Shown: one piece after another, positions 15,985 to 25,277 of the stretch
Layout: every line of letters begins with the position of its first letter
Position numbering within the stretch: position 1 is the stretch's first letter
Assembly (NCBI RefSeq): GCF_000148385.1
Contig: NC_014537.1
Coordinates: 420,001 to 452,000, forward strand
DNA length: 32,000 bases
DNA from: Vulcanisaeta distributa DSM 14429
GTDB taxonomy: Archaea; Thermoproteota; Thermoprotei; Thermoproteales; Thermocladiaceae
Direction: 5' to 3'
The notes under the pieces: generated by a model
The model's input: the letters and a program-made list of their open reading frames with translations, nothing else
Told to the model about the DNA's origin: nothing
Databases searched by the model: none
Position numbers and translations under genes: made by a program

Positions 15985-16340
15985 CCCACAAAAACCATGA
16001 AAAGCACAAGCCTCGAGAACCATCATCGAGTACTAACACATATGAGTTGGAAACAGCTAGGTGACCGGCCCCGAATTAAGCAGTGACTTTGCAACCTCAG
16101 CAATCCTCCCAGCCACAGACCCCTCGCAACTACCCTCCTCGACGGTCTCCATACCCTCGCTATACGTAAAAACGCACCCACCTGTATAGACCTTAATCTT
16201 GTTACTGAAAATTCCATCGTTATTAATTACTTAATGTCGTTAATCACTAATTATATAGATGTGCACATTCAAAACCTTAGTTCCGCATTATAACGTAATC
16301 GCATTCATAGTCAATCTCTTAAGCAACCACGAATACATCA

Positions 16341-17369
16341 CTACCGAAACTTCCCCTTAATATCACTGACTAAGAACATGCTCACGTTACCATCACGAAA
16401 CCTCCTCAACAACTCCAGGGACTTCGTATCATAAACAATAGCCGTCAAAGGCCTCCCAACCTTCAAAGCAAAGATAATCGCATGATGCCTCATGGCAATC
16501 ACATGATCCAGGTAATTAAATAAGCAAAGGACCTGAAGCGGGCTTAACTCCTCAGCAATAATCCTCAATTCAGAAACCCTCGACCTAAGCATTTTAGCTA
16601 TTATTAAGTCATCATCAAAGAACCTACCCTTAAAACTGCCAAAACCAAACGGGATAAAGACAACCTTAGAAAAACCATTACTAAGGAACCCACGTATCAA
16701 ACCAGCAACAAAGTCGACAACCACCCTATTAGTCTCATCATCAAGAGTCCTCAAATTAACCCCGAGAACCCCACCACCAATCAAACCATACTTAACAGCA
16801 AAATCCCTGCAGGAGGCTGGGTCAGGGACCTTAAGCCTGAGGGCTAGGTCATCCTCAAGGTAAACCCTATTAACGCCAGTTAACCTAAGCACTGTGTAGG
16901 AGTAGGCATCCCTAACCGTGACTAAGCTGGCGCGGTTAAGGGCGATGCGAATTAAGGCACCTGTCAAGCCCCTGAAGGGTTCAGGTCTGTCACTAATGAC
17001 AGGCTTACCAACCCACTCATACGGGTAAACACCAACACCCCTAAAAACAACAACCTTACGAAGAAGCCGAGCAAGAAAGGCCAATAGAGTAATTCTCCTC
17101 CAGGTAGAGTAACCATACCTACCACCACCGGCAAAAACAAGCACATGAGACCCAAGGAAAACACGCCAAAAAGTAGGCGACAACAACCTCTCACGAACAG
17201 CGTGAACACCGTGAACCCTACGGGTACGCCCAGGATTACTACTCAAAACAACAAACTCAACACCATCACCAAAAACCCTCCTAAACTCACTAATTAAAGC
17301 CGAGAGAATAGCCTCATCACCAACATTACCAAAACCAAAATAGCCGTGAATCAGAACCCTAAGATTCAT
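16341..17369 (-). CDS. Polysaccharide pyruvyl transferase (CsaB/WcaK-like)
   Basis: 342-aa ORF whose N-terminus, MNLRVLIHGYFGFGNVGDEAILSALISEF, is the characteristic pyruvyl-transferase opening motif. An AT-rich promoter-like gap lies upstream (17370-17411). Confidence 0.8.
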   Translation of the reverse strand: MNLRVLIHGYFGFGNVGDEAILSALISEFRRVFGDGVEFVVLSSNPGRTRRVHGVHAVRERLLSPTFWRVFLGSHVLVFAGGGRYGYSTWRRITLLAFLARLLRKVVVFRGVGVYPYEWVGKPVISDRPEPFRGLTGALIRIALNRASLVTVRDAYSYTVLRLTGVNRVYLEDDLALRLKVPDPASCRDFAVKYGLIGGGVLGVNLRTLDDETNRVVVDFVAGLIRGFLSNGFSKVVFIPFGFGSFKGRFFDDDLIIAKMLRSRVSELRIIAEELSPLQVLCLFNYLDHVIAMRHHAIIFALKVGRPLTAIVYDTKSLELLRRFRDGNVSMFLVSDIKGKFR

Positions 17370-17411
17370 AAATGTTCAACCACTATAATACTTAAAAACA
17401 TTTTGGAAACT

Positions 17412-18284
17412 TTATAGAGATACCCTTAACCAGGGTACAAGGACTAGCTGCGGTAGGTCATATTCCTGGTGCAGGTATAGCCCGAATTCGCCGAGCATTT
17501 CGCCGTGGTCTGACGTAACTACAACCTCGTCATAATCAATATTTTGTCTCTTCACGTAGTTAAGTAGATCCTTAACGTACTTAAGGACTAGCACTAGGTT
17601 TGCATAATAAGCCCTAATAACCCTATCCCTACCCACACCAAGCATCCTTAACCTATACCCGATAGTGTCTGGGGGTACGTAATCATGTATTAAGGCATCC
17701 TTCATTAGCATTAGCGATAACTCCTCATCAAGGACCCAGGGGAAGTGTGGCTGTGCATACCAAACAATATCCCTACCACTAAGGCCAATCCTCATGACGG
17801 CATCATTAACCTCACTGGGCAACACGGTCAATAAGTGCCTAGCCTTACTAGGCCTTATCGGGATAACCTCAATACGCCTACCTCGAGGCACGAAACTGCC
17901 AATCCTAATATCGTGACTTTCAATACCAATACCCGCGTAGAAAACCCTAACGTTATTAAAGTCAGGGTGGGAAAAAGCCTTAGGTAACCAACCATAGGTA
18001 TTCGGCGGAGGCACGCGGACTATCATTAAGTCGCCACCTAGGTATCTTCCATAAACAGCCTTGAACGCATCGTAACGCGCATCATCAAGCACTATTAATA
18101 GAAATCGCCTCCTACTAATTAACGAATAGAATAGGCTTAACCAATTTGAATACGAATCATAGTTATAAAGGATTTTAAATAAGTGACTATACACATGCCT
18201 AATCAATGCCTCATTGACAGCACCCTTAAGGTCCATCTTCAACGATTTAGCAAAACCCCTAAAATCATATCTAAGCATTACCAA
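17412..18284 (-). CDS. Alkaline-phosphatase-superfamily enzyme (sulfatase/phosphotransferase-like)
   Basis: 290-aa ORF with the metal-site-like motifs LLIVLDDARYDAF near the N-terminus and VVVTSDHGEMLGEFG near the C-terminus. The Cys/Ser-x-Pro-x-Arg sulfatase motif is not evident. PPPNTYGW may carry a Thr nucleophile. Confidence 0.6.
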   Translation of the reverse strand: MVMLRYDFRGFAKSLKMDLKGAVNEALIRHVYSHLFKILYNYDSYSNWLSLFYSLISRRRFLLIVLDDARYDAFKAVYGRYLGGDLMIVRVPPPNTYGWLPKAFSHPDFNNVRVFYAGIGIESHDIRIGSFVPRGRRIEVIPIRPSKARHLLTVLPSEVNDAVMRIGLSGRDIVWYAQPHFPWVLDEELSLMLMKDALIHDYVPPDTIGYRLRMLGVGRDRVIRAYYANLVLVLKYVKDLLNYVKRQNIDYDEVVVTSDHGEMLGEFGLYLHQEYDLPQLVLVPWLRVSL

Positions 18285-18975
18285 TAAGACTACCCTCTCG
18301 AATTAATGTTTTAACAGTATCAGCTATACTTAAACCATCGCTATTGATTAACGTAGTCTTTAAACGTCCATCGTTAGCCACATAATTTATTAAAAACCAC
18401 CTCTGTAAATGAACATACCTAATCGGCTGAGGATCACCATAACCCCTAAGCAGCCACCTCCTCAGCAACTCAGCATCGCCCGCATTAAGCACGACTGTAA
18501 CATCAGGCCGGTACCTAATAAACATACTTAATAAGACCCTTATTGGTAACCTACTTAAGGAACCTCTAACACCCAAATCAATGTATGAGTATAGGTAATC
18601 AAACAGCATTGAGGGTAAATACTCCTCAGAAACCACCGTAAAACCAAGCACTTTACTCATGAAGATAACAAGTAGCTTGATAGGCACATTAATGAAAACG
18701 TCAATATATGCAGAGAGAATCATGAGAATGCTCGCTAATTTAACACGACCAGACTTAGGTATTAAGTACCAGGGAGCATATTTGCCAGGTAAATTAAGTA
18801 GCTTAGCCATGATAACCCATAATAAGTAAGCTGGGCCGTGGAAAGACTTAATAAATTCCCTCCTAACCCTGAAACCTCGATTATTTAATATTGCCATTAA
18901 ATGCCTTATTACTGTCGACTTACCAACCCCAACAGGCCCTAATACTACTATTAACTTACCGTTACCTATATTCAT
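18271..18975 (-). CDS. P-loop NTPase/kinase-like protein with hydrophobic central insertion
   Basis: 234-aa ORF with Walker A KLIVVLGPVGVGKSTVIRHL. The central ~100 aa are strongly hydrophobic. It overlaps both neighbours (4 nt and 14 nt). Confidence 0.55.
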   Translation of the reverse strand: MNIGNGKLIVVLGPVGVGKSTVIRHLMAILNNRGFRVRREFIKSFHGPAYLLWVIMAKLLNLPGKYAPWYLIPKSGRVKLASILMILSAYIDVFINVPIKLLVIFMSKVLGFTVVSEEYLPSMLFDYLYSYIDLGVRGSLSRLPIRVLLSMFIRYRPDVTVVLNAGDAELLRRWLLRGYGDPQPIRYVHLQRWFLINYVANDGRLKTTLINSDGLSIADTVKTLIREGSLIGNA

Positions 18976-20039
18976 CCTTTGATAAATAAACTATTATACC
19001 TTAATTCATCACTACCCCTATGAAGACGCAAATCGCGAAGCTTAAAACCATGACCATTAAGATATTTAACAACATTAATATGTGTTGAGGTATTCGTTTC
19101 TATGAATATGTAGCCTACATACTTAAGCAACTTCTCCATACCTTTAAGTACATGCTCCTCAAAACCCTCTACGTCAATCTTAACCATTACTGGCATTTCA
19201 ACATCAGTAATTACATCATCTAAGGGAACCACATTAATTACTTCTTTTTCATCTCCGGACCGGACTAGAGATGATGTATCTGGTCCATAACCACGTAATG
19301 GACTTAGCAATGCTTTACCTTTAAAATCCCCAGCAGCAACATTAAGTAATATTACATTATTACATTCATTGAATTTAAGATTCTGACTTAATACATTATA
19401 ATTCTCCGCACTAGGTTCAACAGCATATACCTTAACTCCCGCCTTACATGCACGCACCGCATAACCACCCACATACGCGCCAACGTCTATGAAAGTCCTC
19501 ACCTTCGTTATTATTTTACTAAACCATATACGATACTCATACGGTTCATGAAGATAGGGCAGTAATGGCCCCTCCATTAAGTCCTGCCATATGGAACCCC
19601 TGACGAACCACTTAATACCATTAACCTCTACAAGAAAGCCATTACCCTTTCTCTCTACTGATGCTCCTAGAGCCTTTAGGAGCAGGAATTGCTTAAGGAA
19701 TTGATAATTATCCTCGCTCGCTAAAACGTCACGTAAATTCCAGCAGTATTCATCATCAAAGCGTATGCAAATATTTCCATCATTAAAATGGTAATCCCTG
19801 TATTTACGAAGTACCTTAGCTATCCTAATGGCGTTATTTACCGTATTGGCTGTAACCACTGTGCATGCATTAATCTGCCTTATGCAGGCATTAACGACAC
19901 CATCTTTTGTCATGTAGAGCTTTAAAAGTTGAATTGGCTTATCATATATGCTTAATGCTGTAAGGCTACTAGCCTTACTAGCTAAGGAATCCATGAGCTC
20001 CCTAAGGTATTCCTTAAGCAATAATATTCTAGCATTCAT
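18972..20039 (-). CDS. FkbM-family SAM-dependent methyltransferase with ~170-aa N-terminal extension
   Basis: 355-aa ORF with FIDVGAYVGGYAVRACKAGVKVYAVEPSAENYNVLSQNLKFNECNNV...VKIDVEGFEEHVLKGM, matching FkbM methyltransferase blocks. Confidence 0.8.
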   Translation of the reverse strand: MNARILLLKEYLRELMDSLASKASSLTALSIYDKPIQLLKLYMTKDGVVNACIRQINACTVVTANTVNNAIRIAKVLRKYRDYHFNDGNICIRFDDEYCWNLRDVLASEDNYQFLKQFLLLKALGASVERKGNGFLVEVNGIKWFVRGSIWQDLMEGPLLPYLHEPYEYRIWFSKIITKVRTFIDVGAYVGGYAVRACKAGVKVYAVEPSAENYNVLSQNLKFNECNNVILLNVAAGDFKGKALLSPLRGYGPDTSSLVRSGDEKEVINVVPLDDVITDVEMPVMVKIDVEGFEEHVLKGMEKLLKYVGYIFIETNTSTHINVVKYLNGHGFKLRDLRLHRGSDELRYNSLFIKG

Positions 20040-20063
20040 TAGAACTGCTATAATTGTCTAAAT

Positions 20064-21182
20064 TTAAGCATTAACATTATTGATGTAACTTAATAACTCG
20101 TTAATTACCTTATCAACCCTATGGTTATTAGCAACATACCTATAACCCTCCTGACCCAAAACCCTCCACTTATCACCGCTTAGCAGGTACCTTAAGCCTT
20201 TACTAAAGTCATCGTTTCTAGCCCAGTAGCCGAACCTCTCGGTTAAACCGTCCGGGTTTACTGAGCTTAGTAGGGTGCATTTGTGGGCTAGGGCCTCCAG
20301 CATGGCTATTGGCAGGCCCTCCCTGATGCTGGGTAGGACTAGTATCCAGCACCTGTTTAGTACTTCCTGCTTCTCCCCCTCACTGACGAAGCCCTTAATC
20401 TCCAGGTTCTTCAGGTCCCTGTATCTGCTGACTACCTCCCTGTACCTATCCTCGTAGAGTACGCTTGGCTTACCCATGGCTATGAATCTATATTCGGGGA
20501 ATTGCCTCGCCAGTTCGAAGAATAGCCAGTACCTCTTCTGTGGATCCATCCTGGCCAGGTAGCATATCGTAGGCTCCTCACTCTTGACAATATCCTCCTC
20601 CCTCGGTATTGGGTGGACTGGGTTGGGGAGGTAGATGACTCTACCTGGGTCAATGCTGTAGAGCCTCCTTAACTTATCTATGTAGAACCTTGCCTGGGTT
20701 AGGATAAGGTCGGCGCGCCTATACGCCATGCCGAATATGAACCTATTAGCCATGAATCTAACCCTAGAGATCCTATAGTAGGGATCCACCGAAGCCATGA
20801 GCTCGTAGTCACGCCAGTCGAACGGGTCCTGGGCCCAGATGATGTGCTTAGCACCCCTTACGAAGAGCTCGGCCAACAATGTCTCAACCATGGCCTCAAT
20901 ACTTATGTACACATCAGCGTCGACATCCTCAATGACTTTAAGGGCATCCCTATAGTTAGCCAAGTGCCTAAGCACGGATCTTGTGCCGAAGTCATACTCA
21001 TAGGTAACGACTCTGACGCCATCAACCACGTACTCCCCAGGGTAACCCGGGTCCCTCCAGGCAATTACATAAACCTCAAAACCACGCCTAGCAAGCTCAC
21101 CACCGATAAGCCTAACAAGCCAACCAAAGCCACCATGCCTCTTCTCCGTAAAGGACTCAGCCGTGATAAAGGCGACTCTCAT
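20064..21182 (-). CDS. Family 4 (GT-B fold) glycosyltransferase
   Basis: 372-aa ORF with the C-terminal EX7E-type block LVLPSIREGLPIAMLEALAHKCTLLSS. The N-terminus, MRVAFITAE...GGFGWLVRLIGGELARRG, is typical of GT4. Confidence 0.85.
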   Translation of the reverse strand: MRVAFITAESFTEKRHGGFGWLVRLIGGELARRGFEVYVIAWRDPGYPGEYVVDGVRVVTYEYDFGTRSVLRHLANYRDALKVIEDVDADVYISIEAMVETLLAELFVRGAKHIIWAQDPFDWRDYELMASVDPYYRISRVRFMANRFIFGMAYRRADLILTQARFYIDKLRRLYSIDPGRVIYLPNPVHPIPREEDIVKSEEPTICYLARMDPQKRYWLFFELARQFPEYRFIAMGKPSVLYEDRYREVVSRYRDLKNLEIKGFVSEGEKQEVLNRCWILVLPSIREGLPIAMLEALAHKCTLLSSVNPDGLTERFGYWARNDDFSKGLRYLLSGDKWRVLGQEGYRYVANNHRVDKVINELLSYINNVNA

Positions 21183-22135
21183 ACAAACCCCAATTCCCTG
21201 ACTAAGGCCTTAACAGTCATCGAGATTGCACCCCTGCTCAAAGTACTTGGTTTAAAGCCCAGTGTCTTGAGCCTATCTATCTTCAGGGCTATTCTCTTCA
21301 CGTCACCAAGCCAGCCCACTCCATGCAGGACTGGCCTATGAACTATCTTAACATTGCTTAACCCTAGTTCGTTAAGTATGATATTCATTACGTCATTCAC
21401 GGTTACCCAGTCCTCATTACCCACATTATAAACCTCGTAATTGCCGTTACTTAATCTCCAGGCGATTATCGTGGCCTCCACGGCATCGTCAACATATAGG
21501 TAACTCCTCACCTGGGTGCCATCGCCTAGGACCTCTAATTCATCTAAATTCTTCTTAAGCTTCATCAATAGGTCATAGATTACGCCATGTCTCAGCCTAG
21601 GCCCAATAATGTTGGCGTACCTAAGGATGACCGCTCTAATGCCATAAAGCTTACTATAGGCGTGTATTAAGTTCTCACACGCTGCCTTGCTGGCTCCGTA
21701 GACTGAGACTGGCCTTACTGGTGCGTTTTCGTCCACTGGTATTTCCTCCGGCTCGCCGTAGACGGAGCTTGAGGATGCGAAGACCATTTCCTTAACCTTA
21801 TACTCCCTCATAGCCTCCAATAAATTAAAGGTCGCAACCACATTCTCCTCAAAGTGAACCCTTGGACTTATTGAGCTTACCCTAACTTCAGGATTCGCAG
21901 CGAAGTGAAACACGGCATCAGCACCCTTAACCGCCTCCCTAGCGTCCTGCTCATTCTTTAAATCACCCCTCATTACCTCCAGGTTTGGGTTATCTTCAAG
22001 GTGCTTTAAATTCTCCAATCTACCCGTACTAAAGTTATCGACAACCCTCACCCTATAGCCATCTTTAATCAGTCTATCAACCAGGTGACTCCCAATGAAC
22101 CCAGCACCCCCAGTCACTAGGACAAGCCTATTCAC
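21179..22135 (-). CDS. NAD-dependent sugar-nucleotide epimerase/dehydratase (extended SDR)
   Basis: 318-aa ORF with the Rossmann motif VLVTGGAGFIGSHLVDRL, the catalytic YGASKAACE (YxxxK), and SSSSVYG. The substrate cannot be called from sequence alone. Confidence 0.9.
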   Translation of the reverse strand: MNRLVLVTGGAGFIGSHLVDRLIKDGYRVRVVDNFSTGRLENLKHLEDNPNLEVMRGDLKNEQDAREAVKGADAVFHFAANPEVRVSSISPRVHFEENVVATFNLLEAMREYKVKEMVFASSSSVYGEPEEIPVDENAPVRPVSVYGASKAACENLIHAYSKLYGIRAVILRYANIIGPRLRHGVIYDLLMKLKKNLDELEVLGDGTQVRSYLYVDDAVEATIIAWRLSNGNYEVYNVGNEDWVTVNDVMNIILNELGLSNVKIVHRPVLHGVGWLGDVKRIALKIDRLKTLGFKPSTLSRGAISMTVKALVRELGFV

Positions 22136-22172
22136 ACGTGCGCTCTAAGCGTTGGGTATTAAAGTTAATCCA

Positions 22173-23453
22173 TTAATCAGTAATAGAATGTAAAATCCCA
22201 ATAAACCTATCCACTATCGGCCCCCAGTCACTATGAGCCTTAACTATGCTTAAGGCCTTATCATCGATAGGGTCCTCATCACTATTAAGTAATAGGCATA
22301 CCTCCCTCGCCATTGATTTAACGTCAAACTCAGGCACAAACCTAATAGCCCTCGTACCTTCAAAAACCTCCCTAGGCCCAGGAATACCATACATAACCAC
22401 CGGCGTCCCCAAAAACAAAGACTCAACAACAACGTTAGGGACAACATCAACATGACTTGGGTAAATCATTACCCTGGCCGAGGAAAGTAACCTATACGCC
22501 TCAACCTTCCTCTCCTCAGGAACAAAACCAACAAAGTCAATAAACTTACCAACATCGAGCGAATTAACGCGACGCCAAAAGGCACGCTCAGTGGCTTTAT
22601 CCTCAAAACCACCAACAACCTTAACCTCAACACCACAACCATATTTACTCATGTAATACACGATACTGGGTAGATTCAAAATACCCTTAGTTAAGTCCAA
22701 CCTACTAAAGAAAATTACGTAATCACCCTTACGACCAACACTAACAGCCTTAACCCTATCATCAACAGCGTAAAATGGGAAAAATAAGAAATACCTGGCA
22801 CCCCTCAGCTGAGGAATCTTCCTAATCAACCCAGTCGACGGGATCAAGTAAATCAACCTATCTTTAAATTTATTTAATGCATCAAATAAGGATTTAACCC
22901 TCAGGATAAATAATTCAATCCCCACAGTACGCCTAAAATCATCAAAGAGGTACTCACGGGCAAACCTAAAGCCCCAAGCCAGACTCAACGGAACATCACC
23001 AGAACCAATAACTAACGCTAAGGCTTTACCATCACGATTAGCCTTAAGGCAATCCAATAAGTAATGTCCCGGACCCACAATCTGGCTAATCTGATTAAGT
23101 AACCTAGGATTAGCCATGGGCATGAGAATCGGGTCATAGACCAAATCATAATCTTTGAGAATACCACTGGATAATTCACCCCACGTCTTATGCAAATCAC
23201 CGCTAATGTAATAATCAATCAACAGGTTATGGATATGAATCCCAAGTTTCCCGTAGGTTTCAACCCACTTAAGAACCATATCCCTGAAGCCAGACTTACC
23301 CCTAAACCTCCAGTAAACCTCATCAACCACGGGAATGAAATCAACCTCAACACCTCTACGGTTAGCAAGGCGAATAAGCAACTCACGGTTAGTCCTAGTT
23401 GAGCCACCAAACCAGTCGACGAAGAGATTGCGGGCGAAGACTCCAAGTTTCAT
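22173..23453 (-). CDS. GT4-like (GT-B fold) glycosyltransferase, divergent N-terminal half
   Basis: 426-aa ORF. The C-terminal half has VMIYPSHVDVVPNVVVESLFLGTPVVMYGIPG, a GT-B donor-binding block with a non-canonical first acidic position. Confidence 0.7.
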   Translation of the reverse strand: MKLGVFARNLFVDWFGGSTRTNRELLIRLANRRGVEVDFIPVVDEVYWRFRGKSGFRDMVLKWVETYGKLGIHIHNLLIDYYISGDLHKTWGELSSGILKDYDLVYDPILMPMANPRLLNQISQIVGPGHYLLDCLKANRDGKALALVIGSGDVPLSLAWGFRFAREYLFDDFRRTVGIELFILRVKSLFDALNKFKDRLIYLIPSTGLIRKIPQLRGARYFLFFPFYAVDDRVKAVSVGRKGDYVIFFSRLDLTKGILNLPSIVYYMSKYGCGVEVKVVGGFEDKATERAFWRRVNSLDVGKFIDFVGFVPEERKVEAYRLLSSARVMIYPSHVDVVPNVVVESLFLGTPVVMYGIPGPREVFEGTRAIRFVPEFDVKSMAREVCLLLNSDEDPIDDKALSIVKAHSDWGPIVDRFIGILHSITD

Positions 23454-23455
23454 AA

Positions 23456-24370
23456 TTAACGCTTAACAACCAAGTATTTATTACTTGGTAACGATAGTAA
23501 GAATGCGATACGCATTGCCAAATTAAACGGATCTTTATTCCTGACCAGCCTATATAAGGCACCTAGTAATCTAGTCACTGTATATAAGGCCACAAAATCA
23601 CGTGGTATACCAGTATATTTTATGCCAGCACCTTCCCAAAGACCCTTCCTAATAGATGCTCTCAATTTATTAAGATTACTCCTAGGTGGATTGCCATGAA
23701 GCACCAATGGTATATTAATGGTTAGCCAATAATAACCCCTCCTAATAATGTGCTGAGCAACTGCTAAGTCTTCATAAGCATTTAGGTAAGGGTTAGGAAC
23801 CCAATCTTTAACAGCTTCAGTCCTTATTAATGAATTATTAAAGATAGGTCTTACATCAGTTAATCCATTTTTAAGAATATTTAGTATATTCATTTTACTT
23901 AATGGCAATTTATATTTAATTAAGGATACTTGATTATCTAAAATACTATTATTTATATATTTATATATATCTATTATTAATCTAAATTCTTGAGTATAGA
24001 GAATATCAGCTAATTGAATATATGACCCCTCAACAGCCCCTATTCTTTCATGTTTCATGAATCCTGATAATACCCTAAACCATTGAGGCAATACTATAAC
24101 ATCAGAGTCTATGAATGCGAACCACTCAGTTTCAACGAACTTAATCCCAATGTAGCGGGCATAGCCTAGACTTGCTGATGTTTGAATTATTAACGCATCG
24201 GGAAACTTCTCTTTAATTAACTCCACGGTACCATCACTACTATACCTATCAACCACGATAAGCCTATTCAACGGTACATAACGCCTAATACTCTCCAACA
24301 CCAATGGAAATATCCCCTTATTACTATTATACGTAGGCATCACTACGTCAATCCTCATAACCTCACACAA
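23456..24370 (-). CDS. Family 2 glycosyltransferase
   Basis: 304-aa ORF with MRIDVVMPTYNSNKGI...LIVVDRYSSDGT and FIDSDV (DxD). The likely true start is the internal MRIDVV (at 24358). Very AT-rich. Confidence 0.8.
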   Translation of the reverse strand: MCEVMRIDVVMPTYNSNKGIFPLVLESIRRYVPLNRLIVVDRYSSDGTVELIKEKFPDALIIQTSASLGYARYIGIKFVETEWFAFIDSDVIVLPQWFRVLSGFMKHERIGAVEGSYIQLADILYTQEFRLIIDIYKYINNSILDNQVSLIKYKLPLSKMNILNILKNGLTDVRPIFNNSLIRTEAVKDWVPNPYLNAYEDLAVAQHIIRRGYYWLTINIPLVLHGNPPRSNLNKLRASIRKGLWEGAGIKYTGIPRDFVALYTVTRLLGALYRLVRNKDPFNLAMRIAFLLSLPSNKYLVVKR

Positions 24371-25182
24371 TGCAGTATCCCAAATCTAGGCCTTTCATTA
24401 ATAACTTCACACCTATAGTCACGGTTTAAGAAACTTAAAAGCTCACTTAATTCATGGTCATTAACCTCATGATACTCTAAGATCAATTCTTTAAACAGCC
24501 TCACATGCTCATAATCATTCATTACCACATCAAACTCGCAACCTTCACAATCCATCTTAAGCACGTCAGGCTCAATGCCATAATCATTAATTAACTGACT
24601 AAGAGTAATGGCTTTAACTTCATACGTTCCATATTTTGAATTCAAACCATAATATGTCTTATGAGTGTCTTTAATATCCGTATTTATTTTAATTAATGTA
24701 TACTTGCTACTTAAAGCAGCATTTATTGGCACTATTTTATCTTCCATATTATTTATCATTATATTTTCAAGCATTATTTTATAAGCATCTGGATGAGGCT
24801 CAATAGCATAGACCTTTTTAGCGCCTCTAAGGGCAAAATAAATTGGCGAATCGCCAATAAAAGCACCAACATCGACAACTACACGATCCTTGACATTAAC
24901 CAAACTATATTGTTGCTTAATAAATACTTCAAATAGTTCAATATTTGATAAAAGATCATTATATAATGCTCTAATTTTAAATGTACCAAAATCCCAATAT
25001 TGCCCATTAAATTTCGGTTTAGGTGAAATTCTTATCCCATTAAGCACGAGATATCCATCTTCACAATGTACATCCTTCAAATACCCAACGTAATAATTAT
25101 GAATAATCCTCCCAATAAATTCAGGCTCAACACATAACTTTCCCCCATCTATGCATTTAATATTAAAATGCCATGTTTCCAT
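24355..25182 (-). CDS. FkbM-family SAM-dependent methyltransferase
   Basis: 275-aa ORF with VVDVGAFIGDSPIYFALRGAKKVYAIEPHPDAYKIMLENI...LKMDCEGCEFDVV. Confidence 0.8.
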   Translation of the reverse strand: METWHFNIKCIDGGKLCVEPEFIGRIIHNYYVGYLKDVHCEDGYLVLNGIRISPKPKFNGQYWDFGTFKIRALYNDLLSNIELFEVFIKQQYSLVNVKDRVVVDVGAFIGDSPIYFALRGAKKVYAIEPHPDAYKIMLENIMINNMEDKIVPINAALSSKYTLIKINTDIKDTHKTYYGLNSKYGTYEVKAITLSQLINDYGIEPDVLKMDCEGCEFDVVMNDYEHVRLFKELILEYHEVNDHELSELLSFLNRDYRCEVINERPRFGILHCVRL

Positions 25183-25277
25183 AACATGTAATTAATGATA
25201 ACCATTAACCAGTTACGGAATATCCTCCTAGAGATAGATACTTCTTGAAATTTATTAGATAGCGTCATGATTTATCA

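Noticed and set aside
15985-16063. A possible C/D-box sRNA is suggested by gatgatgg on the minus strand near 16018-16030.
   Set aside because: The string deviates from the RUGAUGA C box, and I could find no CUGA D box or C'/D' pair at appropriate spacing.
15447-16064. ORFs 15447-15656 (-), 15833-16039 (-) and 15840-16064 (+) overlap the PaREP1-family gene.
   Set aside because: They are shadow frames of a gene with strong family motifs, and their translations are Pro/Arg/Gly/Ser-rich.
20844-21341. A 165-aa + strand ORF spans the GT4/epimerase junction.
   Set aside because: It runs antisense across two well-supported genes and their 4-nt overlap. Its composition is Pro/Thr/Lys/Ser-rich, with no promoter or motif support.
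22246-23446. Several 66-75-aa ORFs on both strands lie inside the 426-aa GT4-like gene. ORFs 26601-27791, 29143-29412 and 31155-31499 lie likewise inside other GT and flippase genes.
   Set aside because: They are shadow frames within longer, motif-bearing ORFs.
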